Shown here: one piece after another, positions 9,918 through 17,755 of the stretch
How positions within the stretch are numbered: the first letter of the stretch is position 1
Layout: each line of letters begins with the position of its first letter
DNA from: a virus
Lineage: Duplodnaviria > Heunggongvirae > Uroviricota > Caudoviricetes
IMG/VR virus record: IMGVR_UViG_2576861478_000002
Direction: 5' to 3' (one strand)
Length of the DNA stretch: 19,268 bases
Notes under the pieces: generated by a model
The model's database searches: none
Told to the model about the DNA's origin: nothing
Seen by the model: the letters and a program-made list of their open reading frames with translations, nothing else
Program-made: the position numbers and the translations under genes

Positions 9918-10855
9918 TGGAAATCAAAAAAATGTTAGTACCAGAAAGTCGTTATTCAGTTTTATGTCCATATCCAATGAATCCAACGGAAATTACATTC
10001 CACAACACGTATAATGATGCTACGGCATTAAACGAACGTAATAATGTCGCTAACAATAGTACAGGTACTTCGTTCCATATCGCTGTAGATGACAAAGAAG
10101 CTATTCAATTAATTCCGTTTAATAGAAATGCTTGGCATGCAGGTGATGGGAATGGACCAGGTAATCGTAATAGTATCGGTATAGAGATTTGTTATTCTAT
10201 GTCAGGTGGGGAAAGATATCGTAAAGCTGAATTGAATGCCGCTCAAGTAATTCGTCAGTTAATGGATATGTTCAACATTCCAATTTCTAAAGTTAAAACA
10301 CACCAAGAAAGAAACGGTAAATATTGTCCTCATAGAATGATTAATGAAGGGCGTGTACAGTGGTTTAAACAACAATTAGTTTCTGGTGGGGAAATTCAAA
10401 TTCCAGAAACGCCACAGATTCCACAACCACCAATTACAAGTGGTACAGGTATTGTTTATATTACTGGTCAAAACGTGAACTTACGTAAAGGACCAGGGAC
10501 TCAATATGATTCAATTAGGAAACTAAATGCACCTGAAAATTATAAAGTGTGGGGACGTTCTGGCGGATGGCTTAATTTAGGTGGCGATCAGTGGGTTTAC
10601 GAAAACTCAGAGTGGTTACATTTCGAAGCGGATGGACAATCATCCACAACTTCGCAACCTTCAAATGATGGTTTAGGGGTAGTTACTATTACAGCAGATG
10701 TATTACGCGTTCGTACTGGCCCAGGAACTAATTATGGCGTCGTAAAAAACGTACACCAAAGCGAAAGATATCAGTCTTGGGGATATAGGGACGGTTGGTA
10801 TAATGTTGGTGGTGATCAATGGGTTTCAGGTGAATATGTAAAGTTTGAAAAGTAA
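9917..10855 (+). CDS. Endolysin: N-acetylmuramoyl-L-alanine amidase (Amidase_2) with two SH3b domains
   Basis: ITFHNT, SFHIAVDD, AWHAGDG, SIGIEIC and H..NGKYCPH motifs; two VNLRKGPGT / LRVRTGPGT SH3b repeats. Confidence 0.95.
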   Translation: MEIKKMLVPESRYSVLCPYPMNPTEITFHNTYNDATALNERNNVANNSTGTSFHIAVDDKEAIQLIPFNRNAWHAGDGNGPGNRNSIGIEICYSMSGGERYRKAELNAAQVIRQLMDMFNIPISKVKTHQERNGKYCPHRMINEGRVQWFKQQLVSGGEIQIPETPQIPQPPITSGTGIVYITGQNVNLRKGPGTQYDSIRKLNAPENYKVWGRSGGWLNLGGDQWVYENSEWLHFEADGQSSTTSQPSNDGLGVVTITADVLRVRTGPGTNYGVVKNVHQSERYQSWGYRDGWYNVGGDQWVSGEYVKFEK

Positions 10856-10984
10856 AACACATTACTATACAAAAGAATAGTTTTATTATAAAAGAGGAAC
10901 GTGTTAATTTTATATGTAATTAAAATTTACTTTTAATATAGGGTTTATGATTGGAGCCTATGTGTATGTGAAATAGGGAATAGA

Positions 10985-11016
10985 AAAAAAGCATTCGTCC
11001 CCAAGAATGCTTTTTT
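10985..11016. terminator. Bidirectional intrinsic terminator after the lysis cassette
   Basis: AAAAAAGCATTC-GTCCCCAA-GAATGCTTTTTT, a perfect 12-bp stem. Confidence 0.8.
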
Positions 11017-11097
11017 CAATAGATTTATCATAAAAGGAGAAAAAATCACTGTCGATTTCATTATATGTAGGTACACCGTGTAATATGCAAAACATAC

Positions 11098-11103
11098 TAA
11101 CAT
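11098..11103 (+). promoter_or_regulatory. -10 half (TAACAT) of IS110 circle-junction promoter
   Basis: Lies exactly 17 bp from TTGACT (12709-12714) once the right end is joined to the left end through the AA core. Confidence 0.7.
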
Positions 11104-11290
11104 TAGTAGTACAAACCAAGGCCACGGTTTGTGCTACTATTTTTTTTAGTAGAAGTGAAGTAAGGTCGAAAGGTGTCTTGGACCATATTGGAGTCCGTAT
11201 AAATAAACAGATCGACTTCACACCCTTATTTGAATCAGTTTAGTATGTTGGATCCAGGAGATCGTGTATAAGAAAGTGGAATCGATAAGG
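11104..11290 (+). ncRNA. Putative IS110 bridge RNA (5' hairpin, target-binding loop, donor-binding loop)
   Basis: Hairpin 11104-11139. Loop 1 (11155-11221) carries AAGGTGTCTT, the reverse complement of the right flank 12725-12734. Loop 2 (11231-11284) carries TTAGTATGTT, the reverse complement of the left end 11091-11100, and TAAGAAA, identical to the right end 12720-12726. RNA ends are approximate. Confidence 0.8.
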
Positions 11291-11336
11291 CACTGTGGAG
11301 GCTTCTATGATTGGCAAAAAAGGAGAGATTCATGTC

Positions 11337-12557
11337 ATGCAACACGTTGTAGCTTTTGATGTCAGTATGGGTAAAAGTATGATGGTTATTTACAATCGAT
11401 ACCGTCAATGTGAAGTAGAGAAGGAAATTAACCATAACCGTCCCTCTTTTGAACAGCTTCATGAAACGCTTCAGGAACTGATAGGTCGAGGTGGAGAAGA
11501 ACCTGAAATTGTTTTTGAAGCAACAGGTGTATATTCCAAACCGTTGGAACGATTCTTTCAAGATAATAATTATGCATATTGTCGTATTAATCCTCTTGAA
11601 GCAAACTTACAACCGGCTTCAATGCGCCGCCAAAAAACAGATAAAAGCGACGCGCATGAACTGGCAAAATCGCACTTTCGAGTAGGACGTGAACAAACGT
11701 ATCAAGAAAAGGGATACTACCAACAGATGCGTGGACTCACACGTTACTATGATGAGTTAGACATTGAGATTACTCATTTATATTCTCGGTTACACGCAAT
11801 CCTACAATTGAGTTTTCCAGAGTTGGAACAGCTATTTACAAAGCGGTCGTCCCTGTTTTTGAATATCGTACAACTATATCCACACCCGGATGAAGTGTTA
11901 GCCCATTCTAAAACGAGAATTTGCAGTAGGTTAAAGGCAAATACACAAAAACGGTTGTCTTTGAAACGAGTAGAAGAGAAAGGAACCGCCCTCCTTAAAG
12001 CTGCAAAAATCTCTTACCCAGCAATCTCAAGAAACGATGTACGCTGCGAGCAAGTCAAAGATTATGCCAGCCGCATTGCAGACTTGAAAGAGAAGAAGGC
12101 ACAGCTTGTAAAGCAGATGGTGGAACTTTCTAATGAACGTACAGAATATCATGTGCTTCGGTCATTTCCAGGAAGAGGGGAAATAACAGCCGTTCGAATC
12201 ATCGGTGAGTTAGGTGATATAAGACGTTTTAAAAATAATAAGCAATTAAATGCCTATGTGGGGATTGATATTAGGCGTTATCAGTCAGGGAATACTCATT
12301 ATAAGGACAAAATCAATAAAAGGGGAAACAATAAACTAAGGAAAATCTTATTCTTTATGGTTACATCGATGATTACATTACGTAAGAAAACAAAGAATCA
12401 TCTGGTAGAATACTATGACAAATTAAAGAAGCAACCTTTGAGAAAGCCTCATAAAGTTGCATCCGTTGCGTGTATGAATAAGTTTTTGAAAGTGGCATTT
12501 CATCTTATTACACACGAAAAACTATATGATTACGAAATAGCATCAACCGGTTCGTAA
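11337..12557 (+). CDS. IS110-family recombinase (transposase)
   Basis: AFDVS (D), FEATGVY (E), KTDKSDA (D,D), C-terminal YQSG serine motif and KRGN..LRK. AGGAG RBS favours ATG 11337. Confidence 0.97.
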   Translation: MQHVVAFDVSMGKSMMVIYNRYRQCEVEKEINHNRPSFEQLHETLQELIGRGGEEPEIVFEATGVYSKPLERFFQDNNYAYCRINPLEANLQPASMRRQKTDKSDAHELAKSHFRVGREQTYQEKGYYQQMRGLTRYYDELDIEITHLYSRLHAILQLSFPELEQLFTKRSSLFLNIVQLYPHPDEVLAHSKTRICSRLKANTQKRLSLKRVEEKGTALLKAAKISYPAISRNDVRCEQVKDYASRIADLKEKKAQLVKQMVELSNERTEYHVLRSFPGRGEITAVRIIGELGDIRRFKNNKQLNAYVGIDIRRYQSGNTHYKDKINKRGNNKLRKILFFMVTSMITLRKKTKNHLVEYYDKLKKQPLRKPHKVASVACMNKFLKVAFHLITHEKLYDYEIASTGS

Positions 12558-12708
12558 TCAACTAAATATACTATAGCACAATTGACCTCGCGAAAAAAAT
12601 GATATCTCGTTAGGTCTATTTGGTGTACACAAATTTATTTTTTAGAGGAAAGATACCCATCACTCTAAAAAATAAATTACTTCATCGAATCAAATCTTTC
12701 AATAGCAC

Positions 12709-12714
12709 TTGACT
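12709..12714 (+). promoter_or_regulatory. Outward-facing -35 (TTGACT) in IS110 right end
   Basis: 10 bp inside the right-end core; pairs with the left-end -10 in the circle. Confidence 0.7.
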
Positions 12715-12724
12715 AAAGGTAAGA

Positions 12725-12756
12725 AAGACACCTTCCCCAGTCGAAGATGTCTTTTT
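12725..12756. terminator. Intrinsic terminator that was the IS110 target
   Basis: AAGACACCTTC-CCCAGTC-GAAGATGTCTTTTT. The empty site restores the upstream A4 tract from 11089-11092. Confidence 0.75.
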
Positions 12757-12978
12757 CATGTTGTAAGTTCTTTAGATGTCAATTCTAGAGTATGCAGTTT
12801 ACATATATTTTATACCATAATAAGTTATAAGCCCTACTTGCTTCATTATTACGAATCTGTAAACCTCTCCCGTGTATCTTGCTAAACACAACTAAGAATG
12901 TCATAAAAGTTGTTGGCAATAGCCCGATCTGTCACAACGTGTTGGGTTGTATAAACCAAGTTTTTTACACGGATAATC

Positions 12979-13007
12979 ATTTTACATCTTCTTTTTTATC
13001 TCGTCAA
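12979..13007 (-). promoter_or_regulatory. Sigma-A-like promoter TTGACG-N17-TAAAAT facing the 12725 terminator
   Basis: Reverse complement of 13002-13007 and 12979-12984, with a 17-bp spacer. Confidence 0.55.
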
Positions 13008-13012
13008 GTTGT

Positions 13013-13213
13013 TTAGAATAACGAGAGTTGTTCACCTTCTATTTGTTGAACGTCTATTTGCCATTGGTATAGGTCGCCCATTCTTCTTTTTAATTCAGTT
13101 TCTATTCCGTGTTTTGCATGCTCAACTGTTGGTGCGTAAATTTCAATAAACTTTTCTTTGTATTGTTGCCCACTGGGAGAGAAAACACTATAAACGATTT
13201 GATATTTTTTCGT
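13013..13213 (-). pseudogene. 66-aa hypothetical protein (KKYQIVYSVFSPSGQQYKEKF...QLSLF) with start codon ACG instead of ATG
   Basis: Open frame with GAGGTGA RBS. The homologous position in repeat copy 2 (16591-16593) is ATG. Confidence 0.65.
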
Positions 13214-13560
13214 GCTGTATCACCTCGAAAGTTGTATAGATAGCAGTATAGCAACTGTATTGTTAGTATGGTAAAGAGATGTGGTTTTTAACAACCTATT
13301 GGAAAAAGAAAAAACACCTCATTATGAAGTATCTTTTCCTGTGTTTCAATCCAAAAGAAAGATGACAAAACTACAATTCTTGTAAGACACCAAAAGGGAA
13401 CTACAGAAGTGTGTTCTCAATAAGAGTATATAACAGCGCATAGAGTAGGGCAAGTATTACTAAGATATTCCCCCACAATTCGTAGTTTTCATTGTATTAA
13501 CCACCTTTATTTTTTATGAATATACTCTTTTTTAGTTATTCGTGAGAGAACCCTCTGTTA

Positions 13561-13827
13561 TTACATCCTCATAATGGTTTTATAAAAAGCTTCTGCTTGT
13601 TCTTCTCCGTGATCTAATAAAGTTAAATACTCATCAAAAAAATCGAAGATTACAGAAACTTGATGATCTCGTAATTTCATATGATTGACAACGTACATCG
13701 TACCTTGAGCAGCAAGTTCATCTGTATAAGTCTTTTTTTTGCACATCCATTCTTTCCACATGGTTAATGCACGTTCGATACATTGCTTATCTGCTGCGAA
13801 ACGTTCGTATTGCGATTTCGTTAACAT
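13561..13827 (-). CDS. Hypothetical protein (88 aa), copy 1
   Basis: GAGGAGAG RBS; frame conserved in both copies. Confidence 0.8.
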   Translation of the reverse strand: MLTKSQYERFAADKQCIERALTMWKEWMCKKKTYTDELAAQGTMYVVNHMKLRDHQVSVIFDFFDEYLTLLDHGEEQAEAFYKTIMRM

Positions 13828-13842
13828 ATGTAGCCACTCTCC

Positions 13843-14034
13843 TCATTCTTCTAACATTTCCTCATAGGTACTCTTGTAAAAATCAAATAGTCCCTGATTA
13901 TTTAATTCTTGAACAATATGATGTATTACCTTAGTTGACACCGGTTGTGAAAATCCAGCAGCAATGGCTGAAAACTCTATTCTCTCAGAATAGTAACAAA
14001 TATATGCCAGGTCATATTCTTTGAGTTTACACAT
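13843..14034 (-). CDS. Hypothetical protein (63 aa), copy 1
   Basis: GAAAGGA RBS before ATG 14034; conserved in both copies. Confidence 0.75.
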   Translation of the reverse strand: MCKLKEYDLAYICYYSERIEFSAIAAGFSQPVSTKVIHHIVQELNNQGLFDFYKSTYEEMLEE

Positions 14035-14310
14035 CTGTTTTCCTTTCATAACTATTTTTTTCATTTTGGTTGCACTATTGTGTTAATTGCGTCTAACAAG
14101 TTGGTGCAGTGCAAAAATGGGCGTTTTTTTTATTGCTATGATATTTAAAATTTACTTTTAGATAATGCCTTTAGTATTGGATTAATAATTCTACCGATTA
14201 AACGAAATCCTCTAAATATTAATTGGACAACCTTCATATAATCATCCCCCTTAAATTAAGTAAATCATACCAATTTCATGCAACAACTGTAAATGTTCGT
14301 TTCTAATTTA

Positions 14311-14357
14311 TTGACGGAACAGAACGATTGTTCTATAATTTATACAAACGAATGTTC
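14311..14357 (+). promoter_or_regulatory. SOS promoter TTGACG-N17-TATAAT with two LexA (Cheo) boxes
   Basis: GAACgattGTTC at 14322-14333 between -35 and -10; AAACgaatGTTC at 14346-14357. Confidence 0.9.
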
Positions 14358-14375
14358 TTGAAAGGAGCAATTCAT

Positions 14376-15452
14376 ATGGCAGCAACCGAAAATACAACTA
14401 AAGGAAAAGAGAAAGCATTAGAAGAGGCTCTGAAGAAAATTGAAAAAGATTTTGGCAAAGGTGCTGTTATGAAACTGGGTGAGCGACCTGAACAAAAAAT
14501 ATCTGTTGTGTCAAGTGGCTCTGTTGGATTAGATAATGCTTTAGGTGTTGGTGGATATCCGAAAGGGCGCATTACTGAAATCTTTGGTCCCGAATCTTCA
14601 GGAAAGACAACACTAGCATTACATGCAATTGCAGAAGTTCAAAAACAAGGTGGAACTGCGGCATTTATTGATGCGGAACATGCGCTTGATCCTGTATATG
14701 CAGAAAAGTTAGGTGTAAATATTGATGAGTTGTTTGTGTCACAACCGAATACGGGAGAAGAGGCGTTAGAGATAGCGGAAGCGTTAGTAAGAAGTAGCGC
14801 TGTTGAAATTATTGTAGTAGACTCTGTAGCAGCTCTAGTACCACAGGCAGAAATTGATGGTGATATGGGAGCATCACATGTTGGACTGCAAGCAAGGCTG
14901 ATGGGGCAAGCCTTGAGGAAGATATCAGGAGCAGTATCTAAAAATGGAGTAATAGCTATATTTTTGAATCAACTTAGAGAGAAAGTGGGCGTTTCATTTG
15001 GGAATCCCGAGACGACACCTGGTGGTAGAGCGTTGAAGTTTTATTCAACTGTCCGTCTCGAAGTACGTCGTTCGGAGCAGTTAAAGCAAGGCAGTGACAT
15101 TGTTGGTAATAAAACAAAAGTGAAAGTAGTAAAAAATAAAGTTGCTCCACCATTTCGAAATTTAGAATTTGATATTATGTATGGAGAAGGCATTTCCCTA
15201 GAGGGAGAGCTTGTTGATATTGGGGTAGGGTTAGATATTGTTCAGAAAAGCGGATCATGGTATTCGTATAAAGAGGAGCGTCTTGGGCAAGGTAGAGATA
15301 ATGCTAAGCAATTCCTGAAAGAAAATGAAAATATACGTAATTCTGTTCGAAATGAAATTTATGAATACTATTCTCCAAAAGAAGAATCTATTATTGTGGA
15401 AGAGGAGCTTATAAAAGAAAATGAGCCCATCACTTTAAAAGAATCTGAATAA
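14376..15452 (+). CDS. recA: RecA recombinase (mobile-element paralogue)
   Basis: GPESSGKTT Walker [11 protein letters not shown] Walker [15 protein letters not shown] signature and [18 protein letters not shown] supports ATG 14376; the longer ORF start overlaps the promoter. Confidence 0.97.
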   Translation: MAATENTTKGKEKALEEALKKIEKDFGKGAVMKLGERPEQKISVVSSGSVGLDNALGVGGYPKGRITEIFGPESSGKTTLALHAIAEVQKQGGTAAFIDAEHALDPVYAEKLGVNIDELFVSQPNTGEEALEIAEALVRSSAVEIIVVDSVAALVPQAEIDGDMGASHVGLQARLMGQALRKISGAVSKNGVIAIFLNQLREKVGVSFGNPETTPGGRALKFYSTVRLEVRRSEQLKQGSDIVGNKTKVKVVKNKVAPPFRNLEFDIMYGEGISLEGELVDIGVGLDIVQKSGSWYSYKEERLGQGRDNAKQFLKENENIRNSVRNEIYEYYSPKEESIIVEEELIKENEPITLKESE

Positions 15453-15475
15453 GGATATATAAAGAGAATTGTAAA

Positions 15476-15525
15476 ATAAAATACAATTTATGGACATTTT
15501 AAAAGTTGGGACACCTAGTTATTAG
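15476..15525 (+). pseudogene. 3' remnant of yolD-like gene (KIQFMDILKVGTPSY*)
   Basis: Matches 18246-18295 with one substitution. Confidence 0.85.
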
Positions 15526-15541
15526 AACTGGGTGTTTTTTT
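15511..15541 (+). terminator. Intrinsic terminator, copy 1
   Basis: ACACCTAGTT-ATTAG-AACTGGGTGT followed by a T tract. Confidence 0.8.
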
Positions 15542-15615
15542 ATTTGGTCATAAAATCCCCATCAAAGTAAAACTTATCCATTAAGTTATTTACAATCCCG
15601 TTGAAATAAGCGAAT

Positions 15616-16506
15616 TTACCCATCGATAAACTGTTTGAACATACCTGTTAGTCCAACATGGTTATTTTCTTTACGTTTAGAAATATTGTGGATGTCTCTA
15701 AATCTATCGATGTAGTCATATACCATAGTTTTAAATGTATTAGTAAACTATCCAATAGGATTTTTCATAAGAGTCCCGTTATGCTCAGCTTCATGAGTTT
15801 TAGAGAATAAAGCAACAGAAGCATTGGCAATAATGTTGTTAAATACATCTTTGTCTGATAGTAAATTAAATTTCTTAGCAGCCTTTTTAACGATATTCAC
15901 AGCATTGTGGAAGGATTCATTGATAACTTTTGAATCAAATGCAGTTGCTAATTTCATTCGCATAGATTGTGGAACTCGATAATCGATAAAATCATTATCA
16001 TTGACATTAGATTGAGACTCGTTACTCTTACGTATATTTATATCTTTAATCTTTTGTTTTAAAGAAATAGGTTTTGTTTTAATGGTAGGACACTTTGTAG
16101 GACTTTTTGTATCTACCTTGTTGGACACTTCCTCCACAATTGGCTGAATAATAATAGCATTAGAAGTTTGGCGCATATCTTTTTTACGCTTCATTGCTAT
16201 TTGATTAATCATGCCTAACTCCACAAGTTTCTTCATTAAACGTTGTACAGTTTTATAGGATACTTCCATCATGTCAGCAATTGAATTTTTGCATAGGAAA
16301 CTAACGCCTACATATTTACAACTGTGACGCTTTAAAATATCCAATAATGTAATAAGTCTAGCTTGTACATCGGCACGTTTAACAGACGTTCTAATGACGT
16401 CTTTGTATGTTCTAACGACTTTGTTTAGTTCTTCCACATCAATAAATACGGATAAATTGTGATAGGATTCTTCTTTTGCTATTACGTCTATACGTTTCGT
16501 TTTCAT
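15616..16506 (-). pseudogene. HTH-domain Rep-like phage protein, copy 1, premature TAG at 15748-15750
   Basis: AAAGGAG RBS before ATG 16506; HTH (SIADMMEVSYKTVQRLMKKL). TAG aligns with TAT (Tyr) in copy 2 and the frame continues 44 codons to the homologous TAA. Confidence 0.75.
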
Positions 16507-16940
16507 TATAAATCTTGTCTCCTTTTTGGAAACAAAAAAGCAATGGTTTTTACCTAGCCGGTCCGGGGTATCCACGATTTGCTATTTTTTCATGCTGTAT
16601 CACCTCGAAAGTTGTATAGATAGCAGTATAGCAACTGTATTGTTAGTATGGTAAAGAGATGTGGTTTTTAACAACCTATTGGAAAAAGAAAAAACACCTC
16701 ATTATGAAGTGTCTTTTCCTGTGTTTCAATCCAAAAGAAAGATGACAGAACTACAATTCTTGTAAGACACCAAAAGGGAACTACAGAGATGTATTCTCAA
16801 TAAGGGTATATAACAGCACATAGAGTAGGGCAAGTATTACTAAGATATTCCCCCACAATTCGCAGTTTTCATTGTATTAACCACCTTTATTTTTTATGAA
16901 TATACTCTTTTTTAGTTATTCGTGAGAGAACCTTCTGTTA

Positions 16941-17207
16941 TTACATCCTCATAATGGTTTTATAAAAAGCTTCTGCTTGTTCTTCTCCGTGATCTAATAA
17001 AGTTAAATACTCATCAAAAAAATCGAAGATTACAGAAACTTGATGATCTCGTAATTTCATATGATTGACAACGTACATCGTACCTTGAGCAGCAAGTTCA
17101 TCCGTATAAGTCTTTTTTTTGCACATCCATTCTTTCCACATGGTTAATGCACGTTCGATACATTGCTTATCTGCTGCGAAATGCTCGTATTGCGATTTCG
17201 TTAACAT
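16941..17207 (-). CDS. Hypothetical protein (88 aa), copy 2
   Basis: One amino-acid difference from copy 1 (R9H). Confidence 0.8.
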   Translation of the reverse strand: MLTKSQYEHFAADKQCIERALTMWKEWMCKKKTYTDELAAQGTMYVVNHMKLRDHQVSVIFDFFDEYLTLLDHGEEQAEAFYKTIMRM

Positions 17208-17222
17208 ATGTAGCCACTCTCC

Positions 17223-17414
17223 TCATTCTTCTAACATTTCCTCATAGGTACTCTTGTAAAAATCAAATAGTCCCTGATTATTTAATTCTTGAACAATATG
17301 ATGTATTACCTTAGTTGACACCGGTTGTGAAAATCCAGCAGCAATGGCTGAAAACTCTATTCTCTCAGAATAGTAACAAATATATGCCAGGTCATATTCT
17401 TTGAGTTTACGCAT
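17223..17414 (-). CDS. Hypothetical protein (63 aa), copy 2
   Basis: One amino-acid difference from copy 1 (C2R). Confidence 0.75.
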   Translation of the reverse strand: MRKLKEYDLAYICYYSERIEFSAIAAGFSQPVSTKVIHHIVQELNNQGLFDFYKSTYEEMLEE

Positions 17415-17690
17415 CTGTTTTCCTTTCATAACTATTTTTTTCATTTTGGTTGCACTATTGTGTTAATTGCGTCTAACAAGTTGGTGCAGTGCAAAAATGG
17501 GCGTTTTTTTATTGCTATGATATTTAAAATTTACTTTTAGATAATGCCTTTAGTATTGGATTAATAATTCTACCGATTAAACGAAATCCTCTAAATATTG
17601 ATTGGACAACCTTCATATAATCATCCCCCCTTAAATTAAGTAAATCATACCAATTTCATGTAACAACTGTAAATATTAGTTTCTCATTCA

Positions 17691-17739
17691 TTGACAAAAC
17701 AGAACATTTGTTCTATAATTCGATTGCAAACAAATGTTC
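17691..17739 (+). promoter_or_regulatory. SOS promoter TTGACA-N17-TATAAT with two LexA (Cheo) boxes
   Basis: GAACatttGTTC at 17702-17713; AAACaaatGTTC at 17728-17739. Confidence 0.9.
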
Positions 17740-17755
17740 TTGTGGGGGTCATCTT

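Larger units (their letters stand above)
11091..12726 (+). mobile_element. IS110-family insertion sequence (about 1636 bp), AA core dinucleotide at both ends
   Basis: DEDD recombinase. Boundaries come from guide matches to both junctions and from a 17-bp-spaced promoter formed on joining the ends. No terminal inverted repeats or TSD, as expected for the IS110 group. Confidence 0.9.
13194..14339 (+). repeat. Long direct repeat, copy 1 (partner 16574-17719, offset 3380)
   Basis: About 19 differences in the first ~1090 bp by eye, mostly transitions, plus 8 more in the promoter. Confidence 0.95.
16574..17719 (+). repeat. Long direct repeat, copy 2
   Basis: About 98% match to 13194-14339. Confidence 0.95.

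Noticed and set aside
10891-10895. Alternative IS110 left boundary at AAAGA (5-bp match to 12724-12728)
   Set aside because: It gives no -10 at correct spacing and no donor-guide match, whereas 11091 satisfies both.
10958-11685. ORFs 10958-11221(-), 11235-11561(-) and 11491-11685(+)
   Set aside because: They overlap the structured RNA or the transposase, lack an RBS and look like shadow frames.
13350-13420. c-di-GMP-I riboswitch-like words (GAAAGATGAC...AAAACTACA)
   Set aside because: The required GGCAAA and GACGCAAA motifs and paired stems are not present.
14328-14375. Longer annotated starts for recA (14328) and the ORF at 17708
   Set aside because: They lie inside the promoter and SOS boxes; downstream ATGs have proper RBSs.
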